Source: Candidatus Saccharimonadales bacterium (GTDB taxonomy: Bacteria; Patescibacteriota; Saccharimonadia; Saccharimonadales; JBBQAJ01). Taken from it: a stretch of 64,000 bases of DNA. Positions within the stretch are counted from its first letter, which is position 1. Each line of letters starts with the position of its first letter. Shown here piece by piece: positions 18,884 through 27,763 of this stretch. The DNA is taken from contig JBBRAK010000005.1 of NCBI GenBank assembly GCA_038206875.1, positions 385-64,384 on the forward strand, given 5' to 3'. The position numbers and the translations under genes were made by a program. The notes below the pieces were generated by a model that was given only the letters and a program-made list of their open reading frames with translations, was not told the DNA's origin and ran no database searches.

Positions 18884-19915
18884 TTAAATCAGTCTTGTCT
18901 GATCTTGGCTGGTATGTTTTTTCCCTAAGTGTTTATACGCTTTGGGTGTCACTTTTCGACCCCTAGGAGTTCGCTCAAGTAATCCAATTTGCATCATGTA
19001 TGGTTCGTAGAAATCCTCAATCGTTGTCCGCTCATCACCCGTAAGTGCCGCAATGGTGTCCAAACCGACTGGACCACCGTTGTAGTGTTCGATAACCGCT
19101 TCCAACACACGCCTATCCGCTGGGTCTAGTCCTAGCTCATCAATTTCTAGCAGTGCCAATGCTTGATTCGATATGCTACGATCTATTGTTCCATCACCAT
19201 TTACGTCCGCGTAATCACGAACACGTTTGAGAAGCCTGTTTGCGATTCGAGGAGTTAATCTGGCTCTCTCTGCTAGATGGGCCGCCGCCTCTGGATTGAT
19301 TTTGACTTTTAGAATGCTTGCTGCACGTATTATAATTTGGGCAATCTCTTCCCGTGAATAAAACTCCAAGCGATGCTGTAATCCAAACCTATCACGAAGC
19401 GGTGCTGCCAGCGCGCCGGTACGTGTTGTTGCCCCAATGAGTGTAAATTTAGGCAAATCTAGCCGTAAACTTCGGGCGCTGGGGCCTTTGCCCAACATGA
19501 TGTCTAGCTTGAAATCTTCCATGGCACTATATAGCACTTCTTCTACGCTTCTGTGAAGCCTATGAATCTCATCAATAAATAAGATGTCGCCGTCTTGCAG
19601 ATTGGTAAGCAAACTGGCTAGGTCTCCTGCTCGCTCTATGGCTGGACCGCTAGTTATTCGTATGTTTGCATCCATTTCGTTGGCAATCACACTAGCTGTG
19701 GTAGTTTTTCCCAGTCCAGGCGGACCATAAAGTAGCACATGGTCTACTGGTTCCCCGCGTTTCTTAGCTGCGGCAATTGCCAATTTGAGATTTTTTACCA
19801 TTCTCGCTTGACCTATGTAGTTAGCAAAGTCTTTGGGACGCAGTGTAATTTCCATTTCCTGCTCTACTGGGTCGTCATCCGGAACAATAGGCTGCACAAT
19901 CCGTTCAATTGCCAT
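18884..19915 (-). CDS. ruvB: Holliday junction helicase RuvB
   Basis: It has Walker [10 protein letters not shown], Walker B FIDEIHRL and the RuvB C-terminal winged helix. Confidence 0.97.
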   Translation of the reverse strand: MAIERIVQPIVPDDDPVEQEMEITLRPKDFANYIGQARMVKNLKLAIAAAKKRGEPVDHVLLYGPPGLGKTTTASVIANEMDANIRITSGPAIERAGDLASLLTNLQDGDILFIDEIHRLHRSVEEVLYSAMEDFKLDIMLGKGPSARSLRLDLPKFTLIGATTRTGALAAPLRDRFGLQHRLEFYSREEIAQIIIRAASILKVKINPEAAAHLAERARLTPRIANRLLKRVRDYADVNGDGTIDRSISNQALALLEIDELGLDPADRRVLEAVIEHYNGGPVGLDTIAALTGDERTTIEDFYEPYMMQIGLLERTPRGRKVTPKAYKHLGKKHTSQDQTRLI

Positions 19916-19931
19916 GATTATTTACCTACTT

Positions 19932-20510
19932 TCATAAGGATGAACCTTTTAGAGCCTGCTTGATACGTTCTTCCGTAGGGATTTTGTCATCGATATTTTT
20001 TAGCGCAAGTGTCGCATCTTGTGCAGTGAAACCTAGAGCTACTAGTGCCTGAACGGCTTCGTCTTGCATAGCAGGGCCTTGCAAGAAATCTGTTGCTCCC
20101 TCGCTACTAACTAGCCCCACTTTATCTTTTAGTTCAACAATTACACGTTCAGCAACACGCCTGCCTACTCCGCTGGCTGCTTGGATAAATTTAGTATCGC
20201 CACTTGCAATAGCAGTTCTAACAGCCTCTGCAGTCCCAACTCCCAGTATGTTTAAGGCCATCTTTGGTCCAACTCCATTTACATCTAATAGTTGTTCAAA
20301 CAAATGTTTTATATCCAGCTTCCTAAATCCGTACAAATCATGCGAATTTTCACGAATATGTTCGTAAACATATACTTTTGCTTCGTCACCGATTGCCAAT
20401 CCACTAAAGTCTTCATTTGTGACATATAGTCCGTAACCTACGCCTTTTACATCCAAAACTAAAATTACAGCCAGTTTTTCAGAAACTACACCGTTTAATG
20501 TCGCAATCAT
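19932..20510 (-). CDS. ruvA: Holliday junction DNA-binding protein RuvA
   Basis: The canonical start MIATLNGVV is preceded by the SD AGAGG. HhH motifs (LLDVNGVGPKMAL, IQAASGVGRRVAERV) are present. The ORF-track start at 20543 adds 11 unlikely residues. Confidence 0.9.
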   Translation of the reverse strand: MIATLNGVVSEKLAVILVLDVKGVGYGLYVTNEDFSGLAIGDEAKVYVYEHIRENSHDLYGFRKLDIKHLFEQLLDVNGVGPKMALNILGVGTAEAVRTAIASGDTKFIQAASGVGRRVAERVIVELKDKVGLVSSEGATDFLQGPAMQDEAVQALVALGFTAQDATLALKNIDDKIPTEERIKQALKGSSL

Positions 20511-20679
20511 CGGACCTCTTTCAAAACACTTAATCGTAGGCAAATCTACTCTAGGAATTGTAGCATGTGCGTGTTGTTTGGAGGAGGGATATCTATAAGA
20601 TATATTGACGAGAAAAACACACCCAGGCTACGGTTACTGTGGAGATTTGGTAGATGAAGTGGCTTGAAAGAGGTTCAAA

Positions 20680-21156
20680 TTATCTCACACTTTGGGCACA
20701 ACAAAGGGCAGCGGCAAGCGCATCTGCACAGTCATCTGGTTTTGGCGCCTCTTTTAATCCCAAAATCACTCTGACCATTTCTTGCATTTGTTTTTTGTCT
20801 GCTCGACCGTAACCAGTAATCGCCTGCTTAATTTGTAGGGGCGTGTATTCGTATAGCTCAAGACCGTTTTGCTGTCCAACAAGCAACACGACACCTCTGG
20901 CTTGCGCTACGGTCATAGCAGTAGTTACGTTTTGAGCAAAAAACAGCTTTTCAACAGACATTATCTGTGGTTTTGTACTAGATATAATGTCAACAAGCTC
21001 CTCATATATTGTGTGTAGTCGCACGGCGTCATCTTCTTTGACTGGCGTACGGATAACTCCTGCATCAACCAGATGCGCTTTGTTTTTAGCATCTATCTCA
21101 ATAACCCCAAACCCCAAAATCCCCGTACCCGGATCAATTCCCAGTATGCGCTTCAC
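20680..21156 (-). CDS. ruvC: Holliday junction resolvase RuvC
   Basis: It starts ILGIDPGTGILGFGVIE and has catalytic acidic residues, including the ...DCADALAAALC C-terminal motif. Confidence 0.93.
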   Translation of the reverse strand: MKRILGIDPGTGILGFGVIEIDAKNKAHLVDAGVIRTPVKEDDAVRLHTIYEELVDIISSTKPQIMSVEKLFFAQNVTTAMTVAQARGVVLLVGQQNGLELYEYTPLQIKQAITGYGRADKKQMQEMVRVILGLKEAPKPDDCADALAAALCCAQSVR

Positions 21157-21484
21157 GATGTTTCTTTATGTATTTGGCGATTAGAAAGATTGCCATAGTA
21201 GCAACATTAAATGCTATTAGATTGAATATGAACGCATCTCTGTTTGATATATTCCTGTTTTCAACTAATTCATTATCGTTTTTTTCGCTTTCTAACAGTC
21301 TACTAAGTGGTTTTGGCCATCCATACAATTCCGACGGACCATACGCCTGACAGTATGTCGCTCCTGCATAAGGATTATTCGGTTTGTCGCATCCTTGATT
21401 GTTTTGTCGCGAATATGCCAAAGTTGAAAAAGTAAGCAAACTTCCAAGAACAATCATTACCAGTACTGATTTTAGGAAGTTCAT
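21134..21484 (-). CDS. Hypothetical signal-anchored / C-terminal TM protein
   Basis: Its ATGA start overlaps the yebC stop, and its 3' end overlaps ruvC by 23 nt. It has N-terminal and C-terminal hydrophobic segments. No family was recognised. Confidence 0.45.
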   Translation of the reverse strand: MNFLKSVLVMIVLGSLLTFSTLAYSRQNNQGCDKPNNPYAGATYCQAYGPSELYGWPKPLSRLLESEKNDNELVENRNISNRDAFIFNLIAFNVATMAIFLIAKYIKKHREAHTGN

Positions 21485-22206
21485 GCCAACAATTCCTCTG
21501 GGATTTCAAAGTTAACATGCGTGGCGGTTACGTCATCAATGTCATCTAGGGCGTCCATTAGGCGCATGATTTTATCTGCCGTAGGAGAGCCTTCAACTAG
21601 CACAGTGTTGTTTGGTACATATGTGAGTTCTGCTTCTAGTACTCGAATCTTCGAATCTTTGAGATTATCGCGAACTTTGGCAAGCTGTTTGGGGTCAGTG
21701 TAAATAACTGATTCTTCCCCTTCTTCTTGAACGTCTTCGGCGCCAGCCTCAAGTGCAGTAAGTAACAAATCATCTCCTCCGCCAGCTACCCTTATCATGC
21801 CTTTGTGGTCAAACTGAAAGGCAACTGCTCCTTTTTCGGCTATGTTGCCGCCGTGTTTGCTAAATGCGAGACGTACTTCGGGGTAAGTTCGATTTATATT
21901 GTCTGTTGCGCACTCTACGATTATTGCGACCCCACCGGGTCCGTAGCCTTCGTACAGTACTTCTTGCACTTGTGCGGCAGATTTATCGCTTACTCTATCT
22001 ATCGCTCTCTGGATGTTTGCCATGGGCATATTGGCAGACTTGGCTTTGTCAATTGCCAAGCGCAGGGAAAAATTGGTGTCTGGGTCTATCCCGGTGCGAG
22101 CGGACAGCGCAATGGCGTTGCCAAGTTTGGTAAACACCGCACCCCTGGCCGCGTCTTTGACGCCTTTTTGCCTCTTGATTGTTGACCATTTGCTGTGACC
22201 AGACAT
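21481..22206 (-). CDS. yebC: YebC/PmpR family transcriptional regulator
   Basis: The MSGHSKWSTIKRQKG N-terminus is diagnostic of the family. Confidence 0.93.
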   Translation of the reverse strand: MSGHSKWSTIKRQKGVKDAARGAVFTKLGNAIALSARTGIDPDTNFSLRLAIDKAKSANMPMANIQRAIDRVSDKSAAQVQEVLYEGYGPGGVAIIVECATDNINRTYPEVRLAFSKHGGNIAEKGAVAFQFDHKGMIRVAGGGDDLLLTALEAGAEDVQEEGEESVIYTDPKQLAKVRDNLKDSKIRVLEAELTYVPNNTVLVEGSPTADKIMRLMDALDDIDDVTATHVNFEIPEELLA

Positions 22207-22280
22207 AAACTTTCCCTATTTATAACTGTGATTTTAACATTTCGACGTATATAGTTCAAAAACTCATCCCAGCTAACAGA

Positions 22281-22308
22281 TTGACATTTTTGCCAAAAAA
22301 CGGATAAT
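22281..22308 (+). promoter_or_regulatory. Sigma-70-type promoter (TTGACA-N16-GATAAT) about 100 nt upstream of tRNA-Lys
   Basis: The hexamers were read directly. The leader between promoter and tRNA contains hairpins TCCCTT/AAGGGA and ATGAGA/TCTCAT. Confidence 0.5.
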
Positions 22309-22410
22309 GTAAGGAGTTAATTTCCCTTGAAGCTAAGGGAAAAGAGCAGCCCGCCAAAATGTATTTCATTTTGACGGCGCGATGAGAAAACCGTAGGTTT
22401 GTCTCATTAC

Positions 22411-22486
22411 GGGCCCATAGCTCAGCTGGTAGAGCAGCGGCCTTTTAAGCCGCGTGTCGCGAGTTCGAGCCTCGCTGGGCCCTCCA
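22411..22486 (+). tRNA. tRNA-Lys (anticodon UUU), CCA encoded
   Basis: The sequence is GGGCCCATAGCTCAGCTGGTAGAGCAGCGGCCTTTTAAGCCGCGTGTCGCGAGTTCGAGCCTCGCTGGGCCCTCCA. It has acceptor GGGCCCA/TGGGCCC, anticodon loop CTTTTAA and T-arm GCGAG-TTCGAGC-CTCGC. Confidence 0.93.
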
Positions 22487-22494
22487 CGAAAGTA

Positions 22495-22517
22495 CCGTCC
22501 AATCTGGGCGGTTTTTT
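22495..22517 (+). terminator. Rho-independent terminator after tRNA-Lys
   Basis: The hairpin CCGTCCA-ATC-TGGGCGG (one G-U pair) is followed by TTTTTT. Confidence 0.6.
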
Positions 22518-22557
22518 CGTGGCAAGGTCTAGTCGGGTTTAAGTCGTGATATGCGAA

Positions 22558-22678
22558 GCGTGTCGCGAGTGAGAAATGCCGGGGGCATTTTGCAAGAGAA
22601 TCTTTCAGATTAGTAACTTGTTCCTAGTATGAAAGTTCTGGGCCCGCAGAATGTGGGCGAGCCTCGCTGGGCCCTCCA
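22558..22678 (+). pseudogene. tRNA-Lys 3' ghost: two exact blocks of the tRNA 3' part separated by an 88-nt insert
   Basis: GCGTGTCGCGAGT occurs at 22558-22570 and in the tRNA at 22452-22464. GAGCCTCGCTGGGCCCTCCA occurs at 22659-22678 and in the tRNA at 22467-22486. The insert spans 22571-22658. Confidence 0.7.
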
Positions 22679-22738
22679 AAACAGTTATTTTTGAAATGTT
22701 AGGAATTTATTAGTGCTATACTTAGTTTGGATTAAATT

Positions 22739-23269
22739 ATGGCGAACAAAAGTACCATAACAACAAATAAAAACAATCACCTAAAAGACCTAGCTCTACT
22801 TTTTGCTATTCCGATAGCTATAGCGGTATTTGCGGCGTTTGTAGTCTACTTTCCAAACTTTTTGACAAATCCAAAATATGATTTTGTCTACTCACTTTGT
22901 GATGACTATCGTTGCAAGAATAGCTACTCTGTAGAAAGTACAGGATATGTCACTCAAGACTATTCAAATCCAGCTGATCCAGACTATTACAACCAAACAA
23001 CGAACCTTTTTTATTATGATTCGGTGAATGATTCCACAAGAAGACTAACGCTGGATGAAGCAAAAATGTATCGTCTAAATACATCTTCTAAATCACCAGA
23101 CGGCTACGCCTTAACAAGAGAAAGCTCTAGTAGTGGCTTTTTATTCTGGGGTGATACAAATGAAGGTTGGTTTTTGAAGAATGGTGCAAAAAAGAAAATG
23201 GTTGAGTTAACAACCAATGGTTCCTACTATTCACGAGAAATTAATCTTTTAGGCTGGGTCAAAAAATGA
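22739..23269 (+). CDS. Hypothetical signal-anchored extracytoplasmic protein
   Basis: It has the N-terminal TM LALLFAIPIAIAVFAAFVVYF and a Tyr/Asp/Ser-rich ectodomain. No family was recognised. Confidence 0.55.
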   Translation: MANKSTITTNKNNHLKDLALLFAIPIAIAVFAAFVVYFPNFLTNPKYDFVYSLCDDYRCKNSYSVESTGYVTQDYSNPADPDYYNQTTNLFYYDSVNDSTRRLTLDEAKMYRLNTSSKSPDGYALTRESSSSGFLFWGDTNEGWFLKNGAKKKMVELTTNGSYYSREINLLGWVKK

Positions 23270-24321
23270 AAAACAAACTGGAGATTTTACAAGACGTACA
23301 AGAAGGTCTTAGCATAGGCACGATTTCGGAAGATGACCTTAAAACCTTTCTTCACACACCACCACCACAGTTAGTCGGAGCGTCTCCAATAGTAGAACCA
23401 ACAAACAAACCAGAAAAATTATCTGCAGTTGATGTTATGTTTTACATCGCTGGAATTGTGCTTTATTCTGCAATAATGTCGATAATTGTTCAGTCGTGGA
23501 ACGATGGTAATGCCATAGTGCATATACTACTAAGCGCAGTGATTGGCATAGGTCTATGGTCAATAGCTTATTACTTAATTAAGAGCTCATCACAAAGCGA
23601 TATCAGAAAAGGCTTGATAAACGCCCTCTTGTTAACTGGTTCGCTTTTGGTTGTTACTGGTGGATACATAATTACCAATGAGCTAATTGGTGGTTATGAT
23701 GAGGTTAACTTTATACCTGGTGCTATTATGCTTGCCGTTCTAGGCGGAATACACATTGGCTTCGACAGTTTGATTAAGAGAGACTTGGCACTTCTTATGG
23801 GCGTACTTCTTTTGGTGGCATCATTCCCAACATTGCTATTCGGATTCTTGAAAGATTCGGGTGTTCCAATGGACGTATGGTCCATCATACTTATAATTTC
23901 AGCAGGGCTACTTGCTTATGCCACAAGAGTTGTTGCCACAATTAACCCTGACAGACAAAAGATTCACAGTTCATTTGACTCTTCTGCTGCGTTCCTCGCG
24001 CTAATGGCTATGTACGCATCAAGCTTTGGAGACTACGGAGTTTTGTGGTTAGGGGTGTTGATTGCAGGTGTCTTTGGAATTTTTTATCTTAGTATTGTTC
24101 TTCAGAATAAACATTTGCTAGGTAATGCGTCCTTTTTCCTAGTTGTAACTGTAATAACAATCTCATTCAAGTACTTCTCAGGATATGGCGTAACTTCTAG
24201 CTTGATTTTGGCAACTCTTGGTCTGCTTGGTTCTGCTGCCATTGCTGCTAGTATTAACAAGAAATACTTCAAACAACCTTCTAAAGCACTTGCAATGCCC
24301 ACCGACGAACAGTCTGTTTAG
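23266..24321 (+). CDS. Hypothetical polytopic membrane protein (about 9-10 TM)
   Basis: It joins the upstream gene by an ATGA overlap and has multiple hydrophobic helices. No family was recognised. Confidence 0.6.
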   Translation: MKNKLEILQDVQEGLSIGTISEDDLKTFLHTPPPQLVGASPIVEPTNKPEKLSAVDVMFYIAGIVLYSAIMSIIVQSWNDGNAIVHILLSAVIGIGLWSIAYYLIKSSSQSDIRKGLINALLLTGSLLVVTGGYIITNELIGGYDEVNFIPGAIMLAVLGGIHIGFDSLIKRDLALLMGVLLLVASFPTLLFGFLKDSGVPMDVWSIILIISAGLLAYATRVVATINPDRQKIHSSFDSSAAFLALMAMYASSFGDYGVLWLGVLIAGVFGIFYLSIVLQNKHLLGNASFFLVVTVITISFKYFSGYGVTSSLILATLGLLGSAAIAASINKKYFKQPSKALAMPTDEQSV

Positions 24322-24388
24322 CTACATATGCTATTTCAAGGCAAAACAAATAAGACTCAAGTTTATATAAATATATAACTTATGCTGC

Positions 24389-24604
24389 TTATCTAAATTT
24401 TTTGTCGTAGTTTTTTATGTCGCAATCAATCACGGCATCTATCTCACGCGTTGGGCCACATTGACCCGCTGGAACACAATTATTGATAGCTCTGTCCCTC
24501 TTTGTACATCTGTCGTTTGGAACAGATTTGTTATAAAAAACTAGGCTAACAACTATAGAAATTGCTAAGAAAATTATTGTAATTTGTTTTGACTTCTTTT
24601 TCAT
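24389..24604 (-). CDS. Small signal-anchored Cys-containing protein (71 aa)
   Basis: It has the N-terminal TM ITIIFLAISIVVSLVF and four Cys residues in the short ectodomain. It lies downstream of a cohesin-like gene. Confidence 0.4.
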   Translation of the reverse strand: MKKKSKQITIIFLAISIVVSLVFYNKSVPNDRCTKRDRAINNCVPAGQCGPTREIDAVIDCDIKNYDKKFR

Positions 24605-24637
24605 TTTTTCGATGCCGACAAAAAGTTAATAATCCTT

Positions 24638-25201
24638 CTATCTGATAGAGTATATTCCTCCTACAGAATTTCCGAGAATATTGGTGTTGTCACTTGAATT
24701 GACGATTGCGGAACCCGACGCAAAGTCGACTGCCGTTTTATTATATTTTTTCAAAACTTTAAAGCTTACTTTTGCGACCTCCTGTTTTCCAGTCAAACTG
24801 CTGACGCGTGCACGGGCTATTTGTATCGTGCCATTACTGGCTTTGGACTGGGCGGCTAAATCAAAGGCACTTGATGCAGTGTCAAAAGATAGAAACTGTA
24901 GTGCATTTGGATCATAGCTCAAGTTAGCCTGTACGGCGTTAGTTTGATTGACTAAGGAATCTTCGCTAATTGTAATAGTCAACGTTCCACCAACTGAAGA
25001 TGTCTGTTGTGCGGGTGTCAGAAATAGCCGAGCAGGACCAGTATTTTGGGTACTCTTAGGAGCTGAACGGGTTTGCAGAATAGCAAATGCACCGACGAGT
25101 ACAAATACTACAATAAACATTAATGACCGCAGATGTTTTAATTTAAAAAGTCTGCCCCGTTGTTTTGCTTTAGAATGTTTATTTTTATGCTGTTTGTTCA
25201 T
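24638..25201 (-). CDS. Signal-anchored single cohesin-like domain protein
   Basis: It has a basic N-terminus plus a TM helix. The domain LFLTPAQQTSSVGGTLTITI...NAVQANLSYDPNALQFLSFDTASSAFDL...GKQEVAKVSFKVLKK is clearly paralogous to the N-terminal domains of the 38130-39380 and 40463-42007 proteins. Confidence 0.65.
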   Translation of the reverse strand: MNKQHKNKHSKAKQRGRLFKLKHLRSLMFIVVFVLVGAFAILQTRSAPKSTQNTGPARLFLTPAQQTSSVGGTLTITISEDSLVNQTNAVQANLSYDPNALQFLSFDTASSAFDLAAQSKASNGTIQIARARVSSLTGKQEVAKVSFKVLKKYNKTAVDFASGSAIVNSSDNTNILGNSVGGIYSIR

Positions 25202-25370
25202 TTCGCATCACCTAGATTAAAACTTAACTGTATTTTACTTCAGCAATAGATATTGTCAATCAGCCAACTGTTGCCTGGATCTAGCCTGAGCTTAAATCTG
25301 TATTTGTTATTTGATTGCATAATTTATCTATTAAGCTTATTCTTAAATAAATAATCAAAGGAGTTCTGTC

Positions 25371-25844
25371 ATGCAAAAACGTAATCCCATTGCCGTCGCC
25401 CTACTGCCCTTCATAACTTTTGGTATTTATTCTATTTATTGGATGGTCAAAACTAAGGGCGAAATGAACTCTCTGGGTGCAAAAATCCCAACTGCATGGC
25501 TTATAATTGTACCCTTAGTAAACATTTGGTGGGTGTGGAAGTACTCAGAAGGCGTTGAGCAAGTTACTGGCGGTAAGCTAAGTGGCGTACTCGCTTTTGT
25601 ACTACTATGGCTTCTTGGATCTATTGGCGGTGCCATTGTACAAGATTCTTTCAATAGCGTGACAGCCGTTGCGTCCGCAACCGCCGCTGGTGGTTCTCCA
25701 TTATCAGAATCTCCCACCACAATTCCAGTACCAGCTCCTGCAGAAACTGCTCCAACGACACCGCCTTTAACCCCCATCGACGTTCCACCTGTCGCAAATC
25801 CAACTCCCCCCGCTGAAATGCCACCGTCAAACAATGCTCAGTAG
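25371..25844 (+). CDS. DUF4234-like membrane protein with a Pro-rich tail
   Basis: The SD is AAAGGAG. It shows the FGIYSIYWMVKTKGEMN pattern and the C-terminus PVPAPAETAPTTPPLTPIDVPPVANPTPP. Confidence 0.55.
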   Translation: MQKRNPIAVALLPFITFGIYSIYWMVKTKGEMNSLGAKIPTAWLIIVPLVNIWWVWKYSEGVEQVTGGKLSGVLAFVLLWLLGSIGGAIVQDSFNSVTAVASATAAGGSPLSESPTTIPVPAPAETAPTTPPLTPIDVPPVANPTPPAEMPPSNNAQ

Positions 25845-25846
25845 TA

Positions 25847-26326
25847 CTATTTGTGTTTTTTACCGTGAAGTTTTGGTCTCATAAAAAACATTACGAGTAA
25901 ATGCAACCCCGCAATGGCCGCTATAGACACGTCGTGAGACTGCCTAAATATATTTCCAATGTTTGTTTGATATATAGCTCCCTGTGTACCAGCAGATAGA
26001 AGGGGCACTAAAAATGTTGCAAGTAGTATGCTGTCGGCAAGTAACAACACGAACTGAAAAGGAATTGATGACGTTGACAATGTTTTTCGCATCAGTAAAA
26101 ACGTAAAAAACAGCGGTATAAAAAGTAACCCGACGTTTGTCATAACTTCTGCATTTGATGATTTCACTATAGAACGAACAATCAATTCCGCCGTGCTCCC
26201 CAAAAACTGTACCCAAAAATATCCAGTGACAATTGCAACGAATAGATACAGTGGCTTGACCCTTAGAAATATCTCGAGTAAAAGTGGTATACCAATAATT
26301 AATGACAATAGAATGGTTGGTGGCAT
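25847..26326 (-). CDS. Hypothetical membrane protein (about 5 TM)
   Basis: The hydrophobic profile supports a membrane protein. No family was recognised. Confidence 0.5.
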   Translation of the reverse strand: MPPTILLSLIIGIPLLLEIFLRVKPLYLFVAIVTGYFWVQFLGSTAELIVRSIVKSSNAEVMTNVGLLFIPLFFTFLLMRKTLSTSSIPFQFVLLLADSILLATFLVPLLSAGTQGAIYQTNIGNIFRQSHDVSIAAIAGLHLLVMFFMRPKLHGKKHK

Positions 26327-26398
26327 GCCCTAATCATAACTAGCGTATGCATAAAAAGCTACAGCTTAATACCCAATTCTTACGAAATTGTATTTTGT

Positions 26399-27715
26399 CT
26401 ACGCCAAAGTTTTTGAACGAGCAGGTTTTCTAACTTTTATTTGTATAGCTTTTTCCAATCGTCGTATGTCAGCCAGTAAATTTGAGCGTTTAGGGTTAAA
26501 CAAAACTACGTCGAGCACTGGGTCGTCACCATTTCTAGCGAAGTCACACATGTCGCCTATCTTTTTTTTGATTTTTATCCTTGAAAAAGATTCTAGCTGT
26601 CGCACTCTATTAACGCCCTGAAGTGCTTGCAAACGCCCTTTTTCTTTGGAATATAATTGCAACACAGCGCACGAGCCTTTAATTTTTTTCGAAATCAGTG
26701 GTTTTTTTGGTATACGTATCAAAATATCATTTAAAGAATGGTCAAAACCATAGGCAAGTTTATACATTTCGTCTCTAAACCCTCCAATTCTAGGACCAAG
26801 TTCAATTACTTTCCATCCATCTTCTGTTTTCATAAGTTCTATATGGCAAGTTGTACTTCGCAATCCCAGTGCTTCAATGGCTTCTTTGGCAACTTTTTGC
26901 GCAGCTTCGACTTTATAAGGTTTTAGCTGAACGGGTGTAATACGCATATAGCCAAAAAAATCTTCAAATCCCACTGAACGACCGGTTTTTACATGCACTA
27001 ACGGTGTGTGATAAATAGTTCCACGTTGGTTTACATATGAATCTATCGAATACATGACACCGTCCATAAACCCTTCAACTAGTATTTGAGGTTCCCCTCG
27101 CCCTTTTTTCTTTTTATAAATCTGGTTTATTTTTCGAACTGTTTTACTCAAATATTCTTCCAGCTCTTCGCGGTGATAGCACAGGCTAACCAACAAACTA
27201 GCCGCCAAACCTGCTGGCTTGATTATAAGTGGGAAACCGACTACTTTTTCAATCCTATTCAACGTTTCTTCGCTTGCGTCATGTGCAACCAAGAATTTAG
27301 GAGAAATTGTTTTGTCGTATCCTCTGAGCAATTGCCTCATTCGAATTTTGTCTGTGGTCCAGTCTAGTGAGAGTTCTGTTGGAGTACTCAAATATGGCAC
27401 GTGTGGGAGAATTTTTTTCAGCAACGGGACGTTTTTTTCTGCCCTGTTCGTGACTGCAAGCAGATTATCCCGATATGGATACAGAGACTTTTGCAGTGCT
27501 AAGGGGCTTGAAAAATCACATGCCTGGATATGAGCAGTTGAATCTGCAACGATAGACTGTCTAGCTGAGGTGTCAGTTACGTCGTACAGTACAACTGCAC
27601 TTATATCTCTTCCCAACAATCTAGTCAATTTTTCGAGCGCTTTTTTTTGTGATTCCAGATAGGAACCTACAAAAAGTACTTTGTTACGATCTAAAGCTTG
27701 TGCATATGTTGACAT
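26399..27715 (-). CDS. ATP-grasp ligase (L-amino-acid ligase / D-aspartate ligase-like class)
   Basis: It has an ATP-grasp core (GFPLIIKPAGLAASLLVSLCYHREELEEYL, ILVEGFMDG, CHIELMKTEDGWKVIELGPRIGG) and a pre-ATP-grasp N-terminal domain. Confidence 0.75.
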   Translation of the reverse strand: MSTYAQALDRNKVLFVGSYLESQKKALEKLTRLLGRDISAVVLYDVTDTSARQSIVADSTAHIQACDFSSPLALQKSLYPYRDNLLAVTNRAEKNVPLLKKILPHVPYLSTPTELSLDWTTDKIRMRQLLRGYDKTISPKFLVAHDASEETLNRIEKVVGFPLIIKPAGLAASLLVSLCYHREELEEYLSKTVRKINQIYKKKKGRGEPQILVEGFMDGVMYSIDSYVNQRGTIYHTPLVHVKTGRSVGFEDFFGYMRITPVQLKPYKVEAAQKVAKEAIEALGLRSTTCHIELMKTEDGWKVIELGPRIGGFRDEMYKLAYGFDHSLNDILIRIPKKPLISKKIKGSCAVLQLYSKEKGRLQALQGVNRVRQLESFSRIKIKKKIGDMCDFARNGDDPVLDVVLFNPKRSNLLADIRRLEKAIQIKVRKPARSKTLA

Positions 27716-27763
27716 GTTACTTCCCTAGCCTTTTTGGGTGTCAGAAACAGACCAAAATCCGTT

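Noticed and set aside
21805-22198. Three overlapping + strand ORFs (61-126 aa)
   Set aside because: All are antisense to the highly conserved yebC gene and have an Arg/Cys-rich nonsense composition.
22571-22658. 88-nt insert in the tRNA-Lys ghost as a tRNA intron or group I intron
   Set aside because: It is too short for a group I intron and lies in the T-loop rather than the anticodon loop. The 5' half of the host tRNA copy is degenerate, so this is a scar or pseudogene, not a spliced gene.
25436-25834. 132-aa minus-strand ORF
   Set aside because: It is antisense to the DUF4234-like gene, which has a strong SD and TM helices. The Gly-rich composition mirrors the Pro-rich tail.
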